NCBI GenBank assembly: GCA_030765185.1
Contig: JAVCDE010000026.1
Location: 17,276-81,275 of the forward strand
DNA length: 64,000 bases
Origin: Candidatus Aceula meridiana
Lineage (GTDB): Bacteria > Omnitrophota > Gorgyraeia > Zapsychrales > Aceulaceae
Direction of reading: 5' to 3'
In this document: positions 24,001-25,017 of the stretch, one piece after another
Layout: each line of letters opens with the position of its first letter
Position numbering within the stretch: position 1 is the stretch's first letter
Program-made: the position numbers and the translations under genes
Notes under the pieces: generated by a model
What the model was told of the DNA's origin: nothing
What the model saw: only the letters and a program-made list of their open reading frames with translations
Databases searched by the model: none

Positions 24001-24531
24001 AGAAATTGTTCTTATGCGGCCGCACTTTATCATGCTAGAGAGGCTGTTGATTTGGACTGTTGTAATGAACGGGCTTCTTTGGTTTTGGGAAATATTTATT
24101 TTAACCAAGGAGAATATGATGAGGCGATTCGTTATTTTCGTAAAACTCTTTATATCCAAGATAGCAGGGAAGGCTATTTTAATTTGGGAGCAGCTTATCA
24201 AAAAACAGGTCGCCTTAAACTAGCTAAAACTTTTTTTGGCAAAGCGATACGTGAGGATCCACTTTTTTCATTGGCGTATGCTTACCGCGGCCATATTTTT
24301 TATCAACTTGGAAAATATAAAAAGGCACAAAAGTTTTATCGCCGAGCCCTTAAGATAGAGCCTCAAAGCGTTGATGCTGCTTATGGGCGGATACTATGCC
24401 TGATGAAATCTAATCAGATTGAGCAGGCAAGACAAGAATTCCTTAAAATGCTTGAGCTTCGCTCTCTTAAAGAGTCTGTAGATGAGGAGCAGATAATCAA
24501 GCTTGCTAAAGAGCTTGGTGTAGAGATTTAA
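1..24531 (+). CDS. Giant multidomain protein (5'-truncated by the window edge, >8,170 aa)
   Basis: ORF track gives 292..24531 from a TTG, but frame +1 reads without a stop from base 1 (VEKQLTLLDQLEAIRRH...). Stop TAA at 24529-24531. Many recognisable domain motifs are in frame throughout. Confidence 0.93.
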   Translation, partial: VEKQLTLLDQLEAIRRHISRTLGEEVALNQIFSQVVIPDLSAKARESLRNDPEGSRVEIKSKALAEKLRKALEKGEAQVSKYLEGAQPEVTAEHIQILESQGIEVLKVPEDKITGIDKRKPLYDNDYLATLLLNVGKITVKNTASSGSLIKKSTTLLTTKELKRIDRKYKEILAVYNEKGEFHGNKKRGEIYSEAGNFVKIADVIAFGSNGFVLQRRSKPQSPATLSVHGGHVELGDCPVEAAVREVEEEIGIAIDPSRLIQVGEGDLMFKMLENDAVENPHIDEQGRYISNSGVKGRIVNRFMAVYVLFMTREEIEKAKQYVASRKAKNLSDVDVRNEVSEIVEKNIEELIEDVAISPAEYATGIRYYLTWQRSLSLIQKIIKGTETARLIKKDINCDIARQAGEAEEASSNILCICNSNFNRSPAIELVFDYLIKTAGMIDKLLVDSGAVEQESKFGWGGVNETLADAFRAQFNVEPKRILSEPLSLEQIREAHIIVIATNKIRQKVQGRFAGELGKKKIFVMEELEQQMDIVEFRNSPNDDASILFKYCQIIDAMIWPLIIQSQQKPGVLSNEDLAIKVKRDRLLLYLKKTPLKEELAVSELSKRFDIHENVIRAMIRENFKYPESSDSYLDVLTEGGKSTDKVKLFTAIHRDGDWHLGIQVILITSEGEFVLFKRPSGKFGFIGGHVDVGEESKVAGIRETIEETSLTVVDQKRIIRVGRFKKEGILGIAGIKLNDFSEFPTVNISLKGTEKNVDLEDIYVYMLNRKEYRQLQKMADEQDALKVSEGELSGLTTESFEEISDGLQHRAERYSIGSQMVFKVASIKKGLKDIAGALVQKEIINKDRKSNEDFSSSINNLEKNSVGYTRLMQKFWSLFTNSIKDGISKEDLAFFKTRRNLETGKLINIYCASYSFWIDAKTEIGIKLSDFQKKMMKVLPADLQNKIVLFKNFHITIAVPLRDIDSPYSEETINFIANDLDGIASEVKSTEFDIVGLNAFPGGILFAQAYPVYDNNGEFELDKFEEAVNQRSPHALHYESNVFHITLGFLKDKLTPKQSAEFVDSLAKLRTSPIGKLRVTEMQLDYYNNLLIPEKILKKYSLSSSGIRENSKNFKPFEKITEDAVTIDVLYQRPGQNFQQVPQVKIPSYKDTKNGKLSSATEALGREGYSRDEEFLTQKSKNAESTEERSRQEPLSSSRGNSPVESAPNMPISTPVKINAPITPILLMPSVVSSAAFLLSRNAKNGKADMPIGILGNGLAEWFAENNNSAPNVIRNKNIDKNEPLSVAFSSRGGILSRFKKTAALLFIRAALLSIEKLAQKPLSVAFSSRGGILSSFKKTTAFLFIRATLLFIEKLAQKPLSRQLSSRGGNELEAAASSIVQKTIIVASIILSLIFLTPTATPAQAQTESYSIENVDYLTEADEQKLSVAISEIGYPQDFQEFYAAGFEQVLADIDAYELGRRWQESDIDGYKDIMKDFRKRMRKNDYFQRTYPLSNKPRNPFVQKWANALRLEEGHIFDVVKATELGRVDQTEQFKDYRLHRWQNHVLYFMLKVWGIDFDVVATEKYYVYLIERDRTKDTLAPELTHLYLDGYEGVLGAVNLEDEVYTLKGQQWISDITVSKKTFCENTAMLATPPLRGFFFTPYYFHYGQNESDFLKADMYFGYAFAYLNAEKYSKGIEYLTRGLRLNPFVKDRWIELARIYRYLAWLKTRGKYQTQESSESLYKKAAAAYNEAIELDPYDLTKVFELAEDVYLEIGEIEKAEECFAKAIMLDMRVKYRMERLVKKAEKDQKKKDQKVNNKASSNNETKLNLLQAFINSEDVSKFLPLKLRNIEQRSNSGIISSACESLSLAISKEKNKSSSNSILKTDVIINLNTSSWGDLPDRLTSSVAGGGRFTPAWRVSSSAASSAQNARKFNKELEIFWDIYQALIRAALKTNNHILTRQEIRGFINHYILVIDKDRDLASEFLKILDIMDFRPPQLWDAYPPACPKVEKRFYESLIIRNPAPFVEKGKLDFSAVLDLPEGRKISQDEYHFLSKLRGERNSLLVDPIFIVARIERQWALYNLQGMICKEVFKENQKTGTFKILRNSRFLNVFDTCYFKNQNSHLNFEALPNLFSSGQEVHQEIFLSMRKHHQKELSFTELLSNYFLKPFILSQIYLFRNIFDIPIKPKKKMEKALKEIKASSNAKNNKIFSPKDIIQAIKETEEVLREISRFKAVRISEPRAFGLLGAKLKSAGLQTALTLQILTTYREDIENSKRTPTQSFFKRIQSLKFRAQHELQWREGKIDDAFESLLSALALAVEVETQEVVDEMFQELLNKIIVEGKGQSEELMRRRTQIFYDAIIAGEDKDFNEKVLLRALTDLRKIIYTAAISQSQSAINRVIRFGLVLFIAQKEINLFEKSVVDSNNIEIQKDVAGAYENSARALIELDADIKDLQKAEQYIQKAVKLQPEEDAYKCYLNNVYLKQTIHYINEGELIKAEKAFEKAVADDLIDALERQDLETIGIDLYLGVIYLLQGKSIAEIDGTFAEAFEATDVSILLSYSERLESREKFLTYLSEAIQRDLSVEAKTAMAEFLKKTSYSIGGAIMAFRKKIKNLFAKGKYEEAKEHLTVYFSLVSQDAALKDLGIKIDKIITILARAKISEGSENVSKVLAEYEKVLAINPADENLVEKIAQIKKKEIERIAQIKEQEEKDQREAKKINTIGMHLRNAGNQIAAKKFDRAQKNLEKAREVIDSLEEPQESLSLLWKKISDDLTRNRKAPKTVEKEVVGETGKRKKPSLIVAPSNEETKTNKEETTHQKINVYAIGAVRTLLKGKEEQEQKRIWQAVYFERDLKPVEGASFSLYTVRFGSVRILIIPREVNKKRKSWIIAAVVNRAILNNTAKYGKIISNIGKRWDVYQKDARLIKPKKDWGSSSASIVQDKIIWIATYQQMASSLGSAQIKDQVQDIDFSSNFLNADCLLCQSLDKQGAVFFAVCDKRIIGYVILKETGFIPRIAVHEDFHRQHVGAQLFESCKKRALEQGIRSLFLDFYNLNNACGKRRKAFFESLGMSISSLSKKQYLFRAKYELKISSGARLINPKKAWVSSAAKARSLPLGRKSSSSIYLINLLGVSHDTLANTENFWNKIVTLLKEDGVAPEKISILNNLYEHIKGFYQADDIISHGYHCLLHSLEVAVDGYIAGKNKGYTKEERLELLVSGILHDLDPRNGVFRIPRVVNTVAFLESDKIIQGYIEDLELSFEKVIINILRTHYPWKEGAPLKFIQRLNKSIKGDEKRSRQKEIAETLALIDKVAVYARLNPLVAEYRVRQLAKETKCNADELVKNTLLFLEKEMKDFDAMLGNFLPSEFTKNFGKTKAHFEKRREELSSSTIRPSKSFSVPKANFKRVVKKAQTVSSTIKVKVDEQVSKRAETLHLEKTLHEAIKHIEDSTGTIIQLGWKHLNLGLSKKIIKMVSMRQLLYNQYNFLHFVLPDDSICLIEMVNVHADWWDHQWRKSLKCSIERALKPFIEDQKGKDQKGKERPVDILEEFVKQNLENMSLVNLKNSRRPFVVVNFPVDSIVSLKKLLAKDGVRFQDAEDDDQFDVCSKERPHCRVGIDRGKKTVIFSPSFFKGKSAPFDVWFTTNLINEFLEKKKAVEKKEKSFPGKGKASSTAFRAEKTESKDRINLEDVVLKDYLKNHSKTELKKVLQEINYEAYMDWELLITDWIEEEDAAVDYGEGSIVFARKNGKEVGYFLRRGNKFSFMAVRENERGNRIGPDMFIYALNKAKADGFSIVTFDVEYTNEEQLRSLDRLKKEKKISFQKQYFSRVFIYTARLVSSSAKSKKGKVSSIKACASSLILTEQDLRLSRQHGLGIRYVSPVGGEIVEENKRVVNILNREYPNYLDEKINFIVLTEQRAKKFSLDSKEIRVAFSGHPSHGRQLFYPLRNKIDDIYLYLGAKGCGDLVSKCLTHSISRYRNNGLAYLDDFQNAQVFTDILRMKGARVPLHVAACKLDYILDQDGNVIEISDDMRASTADHQVGFQRKPSLHFILYDYYDRLGYLTYAVKKDPGLLKIRKQLGNLSQEQYFLHIIKELAYTEAKKVELGVTKVSFHENDITLSGMEVDWDEASYVKDIAFGDPYSRLTKNMEEKKFYRKYGFLLFDYRRKLEILQRFQISLTEHALFKISNINVQQEFYRTFLDSLSLDMRRRVIAATSSNIKIKTATSDDIPFILSQFRKRIKSWSQVKMNYKKDNSKNFFSSPLALSNIRSVFYSVKEIFGEKMPCKEQNRPMLPFDSKSLPILFSVSPIVLVPLILVSGVSVAVMAKSALSIAIIFGILGFIVLLREWFAQMRAAPNSKEILYVMVLNEPLMHKSPSRGGEISSAAHLFARAFSAASSAVSAPRASSTAKLKKKKNTFDYHCFFDVLGMPKYFQENPESYNIINYMNYTIQALRTPENFKGKVARILSLLNRTSEESLGYLESVAKDIYAPLANRVGFLEIAEQIKDSIFKARFPDLWLKSERQILQALGGISREEANRYLLEVSNKIKSRLKELGVEVEAVYLRVKGASSGYEKVKNKRGDKTSYNKIARLQDLFGLHIILKNNDDYWKVAGLLLGWDSTMAPYQDLGGELDVQQTEEKRRFKGDKYDAYHFGIKIPVSPKAKEKRKFVMMEIKLFDPDKYLYFRYSQEIAAWIYELTRRYPNQEFLSGGLTLMSSDPEKNFKNLYFYFKNWIYFFFVQDNNLDDCCILKPAGLKKGVIMADVLGLLGVDEFLALTQSEPVLREGMNQKDHALLSGFSFGQMIRKNQDPDVKKFNKTVIQELRVGDFLQVDPMRRAEFTDQEKKKISEKARHLRTLLRLQLKPGDFYNMSFPSNERQKKATLGIIKLTKAGEDRVVYKFLFRDEIAQAVGFNDGIYMCAVFGLCEVSITTEVAKQAIEGKPWLMSRVVTIKAKGGQAKKTFVELTLSLDYDYSELMKAVVSVVAQVGAEIFDSQYFGKKVKMTISILEENILKLKDLLGKIKALDKEAKIMDENFLKKEIHILANLNKDYQSFSVTLNSILSVFETLKIYVYENVSSWQPKDERLTPKKETPFLVPLRRLRKLDDKVVLYEFVIGIPATSEEKILIEKLQQVTNGGVVEIVEASSAISSLAFFDFIPQDEDAETKNARPIIIMEDDDKETTRVMLNIWFFDRENFDAMMETFKGTMKAKKSGVINISLDQELSRLHKMQRNIQRLERIKKTMDPNAGSLEFFDSTVGLGQIRINRLRGGASYEITIRKDDKLGYVLVCKEQEGAEEVIIVGLKSTLSPGMTTLPLLGRGKTFGEAAKNAHSVLTADQELDREMYDVMMHIWFKARKRFGRMLKIFKVKIRTNGAGEITLSIGGHRIAIGKLKKNTFYTVTLRRDAHFGYILVLRTKTGETAIVKLNVSLTKNTYLSSLGRGKTLGKAMERVQQKYPKSAHSLSKGKLRKVEIRDLVKFVQAGFEPGEELSCAYEYERVLSCGFLMDTYRVKEGKLASRLKETIVAEAPPGIQKALDAFEAVYGKEVSSVPFTHEGQDYIFINSLCDLSFTQLCEAIIYDTCTLAGMYHSGASLKSQNLMYGHKNEDEKNRVYLKAMYSVLTNYQEKADVIVDDFYVEAETDSLGIIEVFTQGTTLQICAPKRDTVYEITLRDDKRLGYVLILKAKDGAQEFVIVGMRRNLNKISTTFPILGQEPTLEEALENADLTIIEEQEERGEIRTMLNTWFFFDREKFDAMMETFKGTIKAKRSGCIDINVDRKLSMLSKAMWNAWRLNGIREKIDSAAQRIEFLDSTIRLGNIRINGLKGGASYEITIRKDRRLGYVLVFTEQDEAPEVIVIGMKEVISTKKTTLPILGRGKSFDDAIATAQPVLTAGQELDWEMYEVMLNIWFKARKRFGRMLKIFKVKIRTNGAGEITSSIGGHQIAIGKLGKNTFYTVTLRQDAHLGYILVLKSERGETVIAKLNESLTENTSLSLGGRGKSYSEALDNALAKGIIEGVVKTIMNEGRIKQHLKAYGEKGSLSQKDYLELIQEVKGMNFSAILLLNSIFLGNLSDEVQERVIIRKLFRYRAEKHGLFEAYMRNAIAISESFYKKTMQRFSEDIPEDRNKFLIVEEDLGSFVFDWLQIAKRLRGISEEERALLIKSIQSIDAEFFDVEEFLSNGVDKRTLILFGEALQEEGSEDYPLVTSSAVTGRKNISSSAKSKEEKASSTAEGLPNLTKGQFRKFAQRFIRSQPWDTRSKYKSSLFEYGDLSDFENLVETDYLKHPAETNLSGKYFCFEDYKIFSLGQSQIGFLRNATNFLIFMPEFTGCKCLSLHCLDKKPSIYATHLGSTFDWKRFFEYFVNLSTDQKENMKCWSLFWEHPFSEKSMEYLIRINKELPQQIFDIKKKYKHSSLFFSRQFSFLIHFDYIAMLSNRRVEKVLALPSQRSFRPDLLQNFFSLIQQRYPLIPSRREVVDGIKGIAPTVFQKQVISSAVTSSAVATMVADVSAAIAPIASMWAPIIVFSSIGGLLRFAIAKHIDKYFKGIFPYGTLGVNLLGSLMMGFIVGGVEVIGDIPAWLIGGFLGAFTTFSTFIFDIETLRKSGKYRSLAGYTLLSILGGYFVFIFGYFAGSFGLNTNMKIIFVSLIIIPLFAFLAFKNSENKIPSLRKIPSFVSGRETLYLSIGVTLGVVSRMLFPGQTLFVNILGSFLIGAADFGLGDASKKRKLLLITGFCGTLTTFSGFILKTHGYLAAITPFEAAAYILASVGLGYLFLKIGEKFSAFLLGNKKDTGYKGQNRKKKEEVSSATQPHGALGEHSSKPWRRMDKNLTAKESSSSTQPKTSKNVAETKKEYKFFSRFKNGKVIEIEDYYGAPAEEAQAIDLRKAVEDANLSYANADDPDDLSTDDYFKDINLQAAEDIQWLIFGGAFNGCLKDVMERILHCDEVFSDESTLRITLPLFAIKKLYSLQVSKYTYDVRNYLNPERIPERIAEYSKEGLGVLTTGQEDVISPGYHYFMLPYNSNYKIIIRKDGKVLRTIKEDGAPIVILDFFTSLDSMRTHAFRPVASSSSASKTILPANKGGLELLRKMILDVLNEKGQVRLAIDGGVAVGKKFLVAAILEGKLGLTRDEICIALFNKYAFKRLKDGRDLSSKKLLIFPGHFSSRLSDVDIKVHLVTDGTTQRSDIVLRGQDLSDYPELMNFHSLVLNELEKKEFDLTIDNSQRYRMPFKQMVELFSEPRTNGALGEYPSKSCRRADKNLITKGSASSAQPKTPKNVVVTKREKDDLRDMKLFKRFYDGDDDALGEFFEIRRPYFMGFLIKCKPGAISRDDAEDIYHDVFIKVFDRERTPFKGEDKPRIWIRTILRNALFDRMKQKKSKRTVPLDLKTLENFLTLSGVFTPEDWKSREKMRLLIQRRISQLPATYKNYFLAHHYDGFKYREIAKKEGVAEGTAKSTVHKALFYMIKVLAPDIREDPKLLEYCREHLKDSLKKVLGAVVVAVLSGGLLAYGMCNNAGMTEGVVCAFILPFFTYASYSKLLKTIHALFEDIKRCISSFFVSLTKAATFILHISISGIRLVSGGLNFGTHFASGVLRPLAQKYISLRKKFRSKDKQANQSGWGTIAAKASYLKKPYQNKSLGKRDDAPNSSYWKNGRRYVKERGSWFFSFSPVLFFFKGEIYALLQALEIPWQEIGMTGLVVLGVVVIKFFAAEKGVRIDTKENNKNKNSLDITPLSKRRNFLKTATNVFSILLVIGLVFLIPLDAVYAQGVADPVEKTFDQEKEIFYKNLKQSALPFIQPFVATQEDANRFANDFIYEVAGWKRSDGEPILYVWSQRLKNARRGGHNKEVALDEVIALELEAIKEIRTIIHNRFSLHDNSQDAFLIHEILSTNQACSLGRAQILFIALNALEIQTLGVTMEDLEANSQGERGTSIVVSARLADSRQVLINVTLDSPNFLSAACALSEIFIAHDCAVEFNPQYAGSQFYRNIHILGMRGLISAAHTDLAVKYNRNCSYAAALYHAREAVDLDCCNERASLVLGNIYFNQGEYDEAIRYFRKTLYIQDSREGYFNLGAAYQKTGRLKLAKTFFGKAIREDPLFSLAYAYRGHIFYQLGKYKKAQKFYRRALKIEPQSVDAAYGRILCLMKSNQIEQARQEFLKMLELRSLKESVDEEQIIKLAKELGVEI
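500..1140 (+). other. Nudix hydrolase domain 1 (within giant protein)
   Basis: Nudix box GGHVELGDCPVEAAVREVEEEIG at 688-756, preceded by IDI-like ILAVYNEKG...VLQRRS. Confidence 0.85.
1237..1695 (+). other. Low-molecular-weight PTP/arsenate reductase-like domain (within giant protein)
   Basis: ILCICNSNFNRSPAIE (CX5R-S P-loop), followed by VDSGA and EAHIIVIAT segments typical of LMW-PTP. Confidence 0.75.
1890..2520 (+). other. Nudix hydrolase domain 2 (within giant protein)
   Basis: YLDVLTEGG...IHRDGDWHLGIQVIL...GGHVDVGEESKVAGIRETIEETSL. Confidence 0.85.
2700..3306 (+). other. 2H phosphoesterase (LigT-like) domain (within giant protein)
   Basis: Two HxT motifs about 90 aa apart: HITIA (2863) and HITLG (3133). 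Confidence 0.75.
3851..4115 (+). repeat. In-frame tandem repeat, 114-bp (38-aa) unit, about 2.3 copies
   Basis: agccgttgtcagttgctttttcctcccgtggcgggatattaagcag at 3851 and 3965; degenerate third copy at 4079. Confidence 0.95.
4141..5410 (+). other. Internal signal peptide-like segment followed by a helical/TPR module (within giant protein)
   Basis: QKTIIVASIILSLIFLTPTATPAQA|QTE, then TPR-like repeats (YSKGIEYLTRGLRLNP, AAAAYNEAIELDP, AEECFAKAI). Confidence 0.7.
6570..8300 (+). other. TPR/helical-repeat region (within giant protein)
   Basis: AEQYIQKAVKLQPEE, AEKAFEKAV, AEYEKVLAINPADE, AQKNLEKAREV. Confidence 0.65.
8415..8730 (+). other. RelE/ParE-like module (within giant protein)
   Basis: About 100-aa unit with KRIWQAV...LKPVEG...LYTVRFGSVRILI...IIAAVVNR, resembling the RelE pattern LYRLRVGDYRII...I..VGHR. 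Confidence 0.4.
8775..9240 (+). other. GNAT acetyltransferase domain 1 (within giant protein)
   Basis: FFAVCDKRIIGYV...IPRIAVHEDFHRQHVGAQLF...AFFESLGM (motif A with G->H; motif B). Confidence 0.8.
9335..10120 (+). other. HD/PDEase-like metal-dependent phosphohydrolase domain (within giant protein)
   Basis: YHCLLHSLEV...LLVSGILHDLD...ALIDK. Confidence 0.75.
11010..11470 (+). other. GNAT acetyltransferase domain 2 (within giant protein)
   Basis: IVFARKNGKEVGYF...MAVRENERGNRIGPDMF...VTFDVEYTN. Confidence 0.75.
11535..12605 (+). other. SelO/YdiU-like pseudokinase (AMPylase-fold) domain (within giant protein)
   Basis: SHGRQ, LGAKGCG, RNNGLAYL, GARVP, HENDITLSGMEVDW occur in the same order as SelO motifs GDGRA, LQLKGAG, GDGRAVL, GIPT, NTDNMSILGxTIDY. 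Confidence 0.5.
13200..15390 (+). other. RelA/SpoT-like synthetase domain with downstream TGS/ACT-like region (within giant protein)
   Basis: DIYAPLANRVGFLEIAEQIKDSIF, RVKGASSGYEK, LQDLFGLHII, YDAYHF, MEIKL, AAWIYE; ACT-like ELTLSLDYDYSELMKAVVSVVAQVGAEI. Confidence 0.75.
15490..17990 (+). repeat. Large in-frame internal duplication (about 800 bp, offset 1,671 bp) built from a repeated YxxTxRxDxxxGYxLV unit
   Basis: cgtgaga(a/t)tttgatgccatgatggaaac at 15541 and 17212; near-identical ~90-bp block tttaaggctcggaaaagg...gagataacct at 16021 and 17692; five sub-units at 15781, 16156, 16963, 17452, 17827. Confidence 0.95.
19510..20330 (+). other. Tandem Fluc/CrcB fluoride-channel domains (within giant protein)
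   Basis: GGLLRF...PYGTLGVNLLGS...GGFLGAFTTFSTF and GVVSRM...TLFVNILGSF...TGFCGTLTTFSGF, separated by an extra hydrophobic helix. Confidence 0.9.
20401..21813 (+). repeat. Dispersed ~120-bp direct repeat (20401-20520 and 21694-21813)
   Basis: atggagccttaggcgaa...gataaaaatctta...cacagcccaaaacg.ctaaaaatgtgg in both copies (GALGE..SK..RR.DKNL..K....SS.QPKT.KNV). Confidence 0.93.
21190..21690 (+). other. Degenerate uridine/nucleoside-kinase-like P-loop domain (within giant protein)
   Basis: RLAIDGGVAVGKKFLV (Walker A-like, lacks S/T), LLIFPG, DIKVHLV, FDLTIDNS. Confidence 0.5.
21820..22400 (+). other. ECF-type sigma-70 factor domain (within giant protein)
   Basis: GDDDALGEFFE...DAEDIYHDVFIK...WIRTILRNALFDRMK (region 2); ISQLP...DGFKYREIAKKEGVAEGTAKSTVHKA (region 4). 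Confidence 0.88.
23170..24531 (+). other. Internal Tat-like signal followed by transglutaminase-like (SirB1-type) + TPR C-terminal module
   Basis: SKRRNFLK + hydrophobic h-region + AVYA|Q; FLIHEILSTNQACSLGRAQILF; canonical TPRs (LGNIYFNQGEYDEAIRYFRKTL, YFNLGAAYQKTG, AYAYRGHIFYQLGKYKKA). Confidence 0.75.
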
Positions 24532-24769
24532 AAGAGAGCGCACCAACCCTTAGTTAACCCTTTCGGCTTAAGATAACAAAAAAAACGCCAATAACTCGTG
24601 CCCACACCAGCAATGGCTAGTTTGGATTTCTAAGTTATGTCGCAGGTTTCATAGCTTAAACTTTCATTAAAAGGTAGCGCTTTCCCGAAAGCACCCTTAT
24701 CCCCTTACATTCCCCCTATATATGTTCTATACTTATTGTAGATTCTTTTAATTGTAGGATGGTTCTTTG

Positions 24770-24850
24770 ACGATCAGAAAAAGGCAAACTACCCGTAAGG
24801 GTAGGGCGCAAAGTTATAGGGTCCTTTATAGGATAGCCAACTATCAGAAA
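24770..24850 (+). ncRNA. c-di-GMP-I (GEMM) riboswitch aptamer
   Basis: GGCAAA-CTACCC-GTAA-GGGTAG-GGCGCAAAG-TTATAGGGTCCT...GGATAGCCAAC: GEMM-I consensus with GNRA-type tetraloop and paired stems. Confidence 0.88.
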
Positions 24851-24860
24851 AATATACACC

Positions 24861-24900
24861 AAACCTATTTCTTTTCGCTGAAATAGGTTTTTTTGTTTTT
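24861..24900 (+). terminator. Intrinsic terminator (riboswitch expression platform)
   Basis: AAACCTATTTC-ttttcgct-GAAATAGGTTT followed by a T tract, about 10 nt downstream of the aptamer. Confidence 0.88.
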
Positions 24901-25017
24901 AGGCTAAAGGCCTAAAAGCATCCTTGAGCGTAAGCGAAAGGATCTCCTTTTGGAGCAGCTCTTTCCTTAATAGCATCTGATCGTACAGAAACCAAAATTT
25001 TTAGGAGAAATGCAAAG

